Notes under the pieces: model-generated
Seen by the model: only the letters and a program-made list of their open reading frames with translations
Told to the model about the DNA's origin: nothing
Databases searched by the model: none
Shown here: positions 63,386-64,000 of the stretch, in pieces
Layout of the letters: each line of letters begins with the position of its first letter
Position numbering within the stretch: position 1 is the first letter of the stretch
Assembly (NCBI RefSeq): GCF_018350175.1
Contig: NC_058368.1
Coordinates: forward strand, 50,345,815 to 50,409,814
Direction of reading: 5' to 3'
Source: Felis catus
Lineage: Eukaryota
DNA: 64,000 nt
Position numbers and translations under genes: made by a program

Positions 63386-64000
63386 TGTCTCAAGCCACTT
63401 TAATAAAAATAATCATTAAATATTAATACTGATATTCACTTAATTTGATTTTGGTTAGTAGTGCACATTGCAGAGAAGAAGCTGCATGAGTTGTGGGTAC
63501 CCAAGGAACTGGAATTTGAGTTACTAATATTATAAAGTAGTAAGATTGACTCCTGTGTATAGTTTGAAAAATTCTATAAAGATAATAGCAAGGGATCACA
63601 TTCAATTGTATTTGAACAGTGGTAGCATTTCTGGGATAATTTTCCAAGATGAGTCATTACAAATTACAGATTATTAGTTCTGTGAAAAAAATAGCAAGTT
63701 AAACCAAGAAAATGATTCCTGGGTATAGTTCCAGCACTTCCAATGTATAGAATAGCTCTCTGTTTAATAATTAGTTGTGTATCTATTCTTTCCAATTACA
63801 TAGTAAATAAAGTTGATGTTTCTATTTATGTACTTCATGTATTTTCCCAGTGTCAGAGTACATCTTGAAAAATAATTTTTTTATTAGAGGATACAATTTT
63901 TTTTTATTAGATACTGGACAGCAGGAGAAAGGCAGGCATGTTCATGTAGGTAACTACTTAATATCTTAACTATAAGATTAAGTGGGTCTGGTGTTATGAG

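Noticed and set aside
4720..63660. Scattered AP-1 heptamers (TGACTCA/TGAGTCA)
   Set aside because: The number is about what a 7-mer gives by chance in 64 kb.
1..64000. Prokaryotic-type systems (CRISPR, operons, defence islands) or a CpG-island promoter
   Set aside because: The sequence is clearly mammalian and repeat-rich, with no gene-dense or sustained CpG-rich segment.

Overview
Mammalian, AT-rich, CpG-depleted genomic DNA from a cat-family (felid) genome. The assignment rests on about 32 tRNA-derived Can-SINEs, including near-identical young felid-type copies, and on carnivore/felid L1 3' ends. The window is dominated by transposable-element fossils: SINEs, old and young L1, L2/MIR, MaLR/ERVL LTRs and hAT MITEs, plus microsatellites. 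It reads as intronic or intergenic. I recognise no known protein-coding gene, RNA gene or CpG-island promoter, and nearly all ORF-track entries are SINE, L1 or microsatellite read-through. Best-supported structures: a 698-bp solo LTR with an exact 6-bp target-site duplication (TSD), class II/ERVK-like (13430-14127); a twin-primed 5'-inverted L1 carrying a nested SINE (60776-61752); and strong CTCF motifs at 21.3 and 54.2 kb. Speculative but testable: phase-compatible minus-strand exon chains ending near AATAAA at 51-52.7 kb and 19.1-19.7 kb, and a plus-strand TATA plus exon unit near 42 kb. Repeat subfamily names are from memory and need RepeatMasker/Dfam confirmation. I found no convincing novel biological system.
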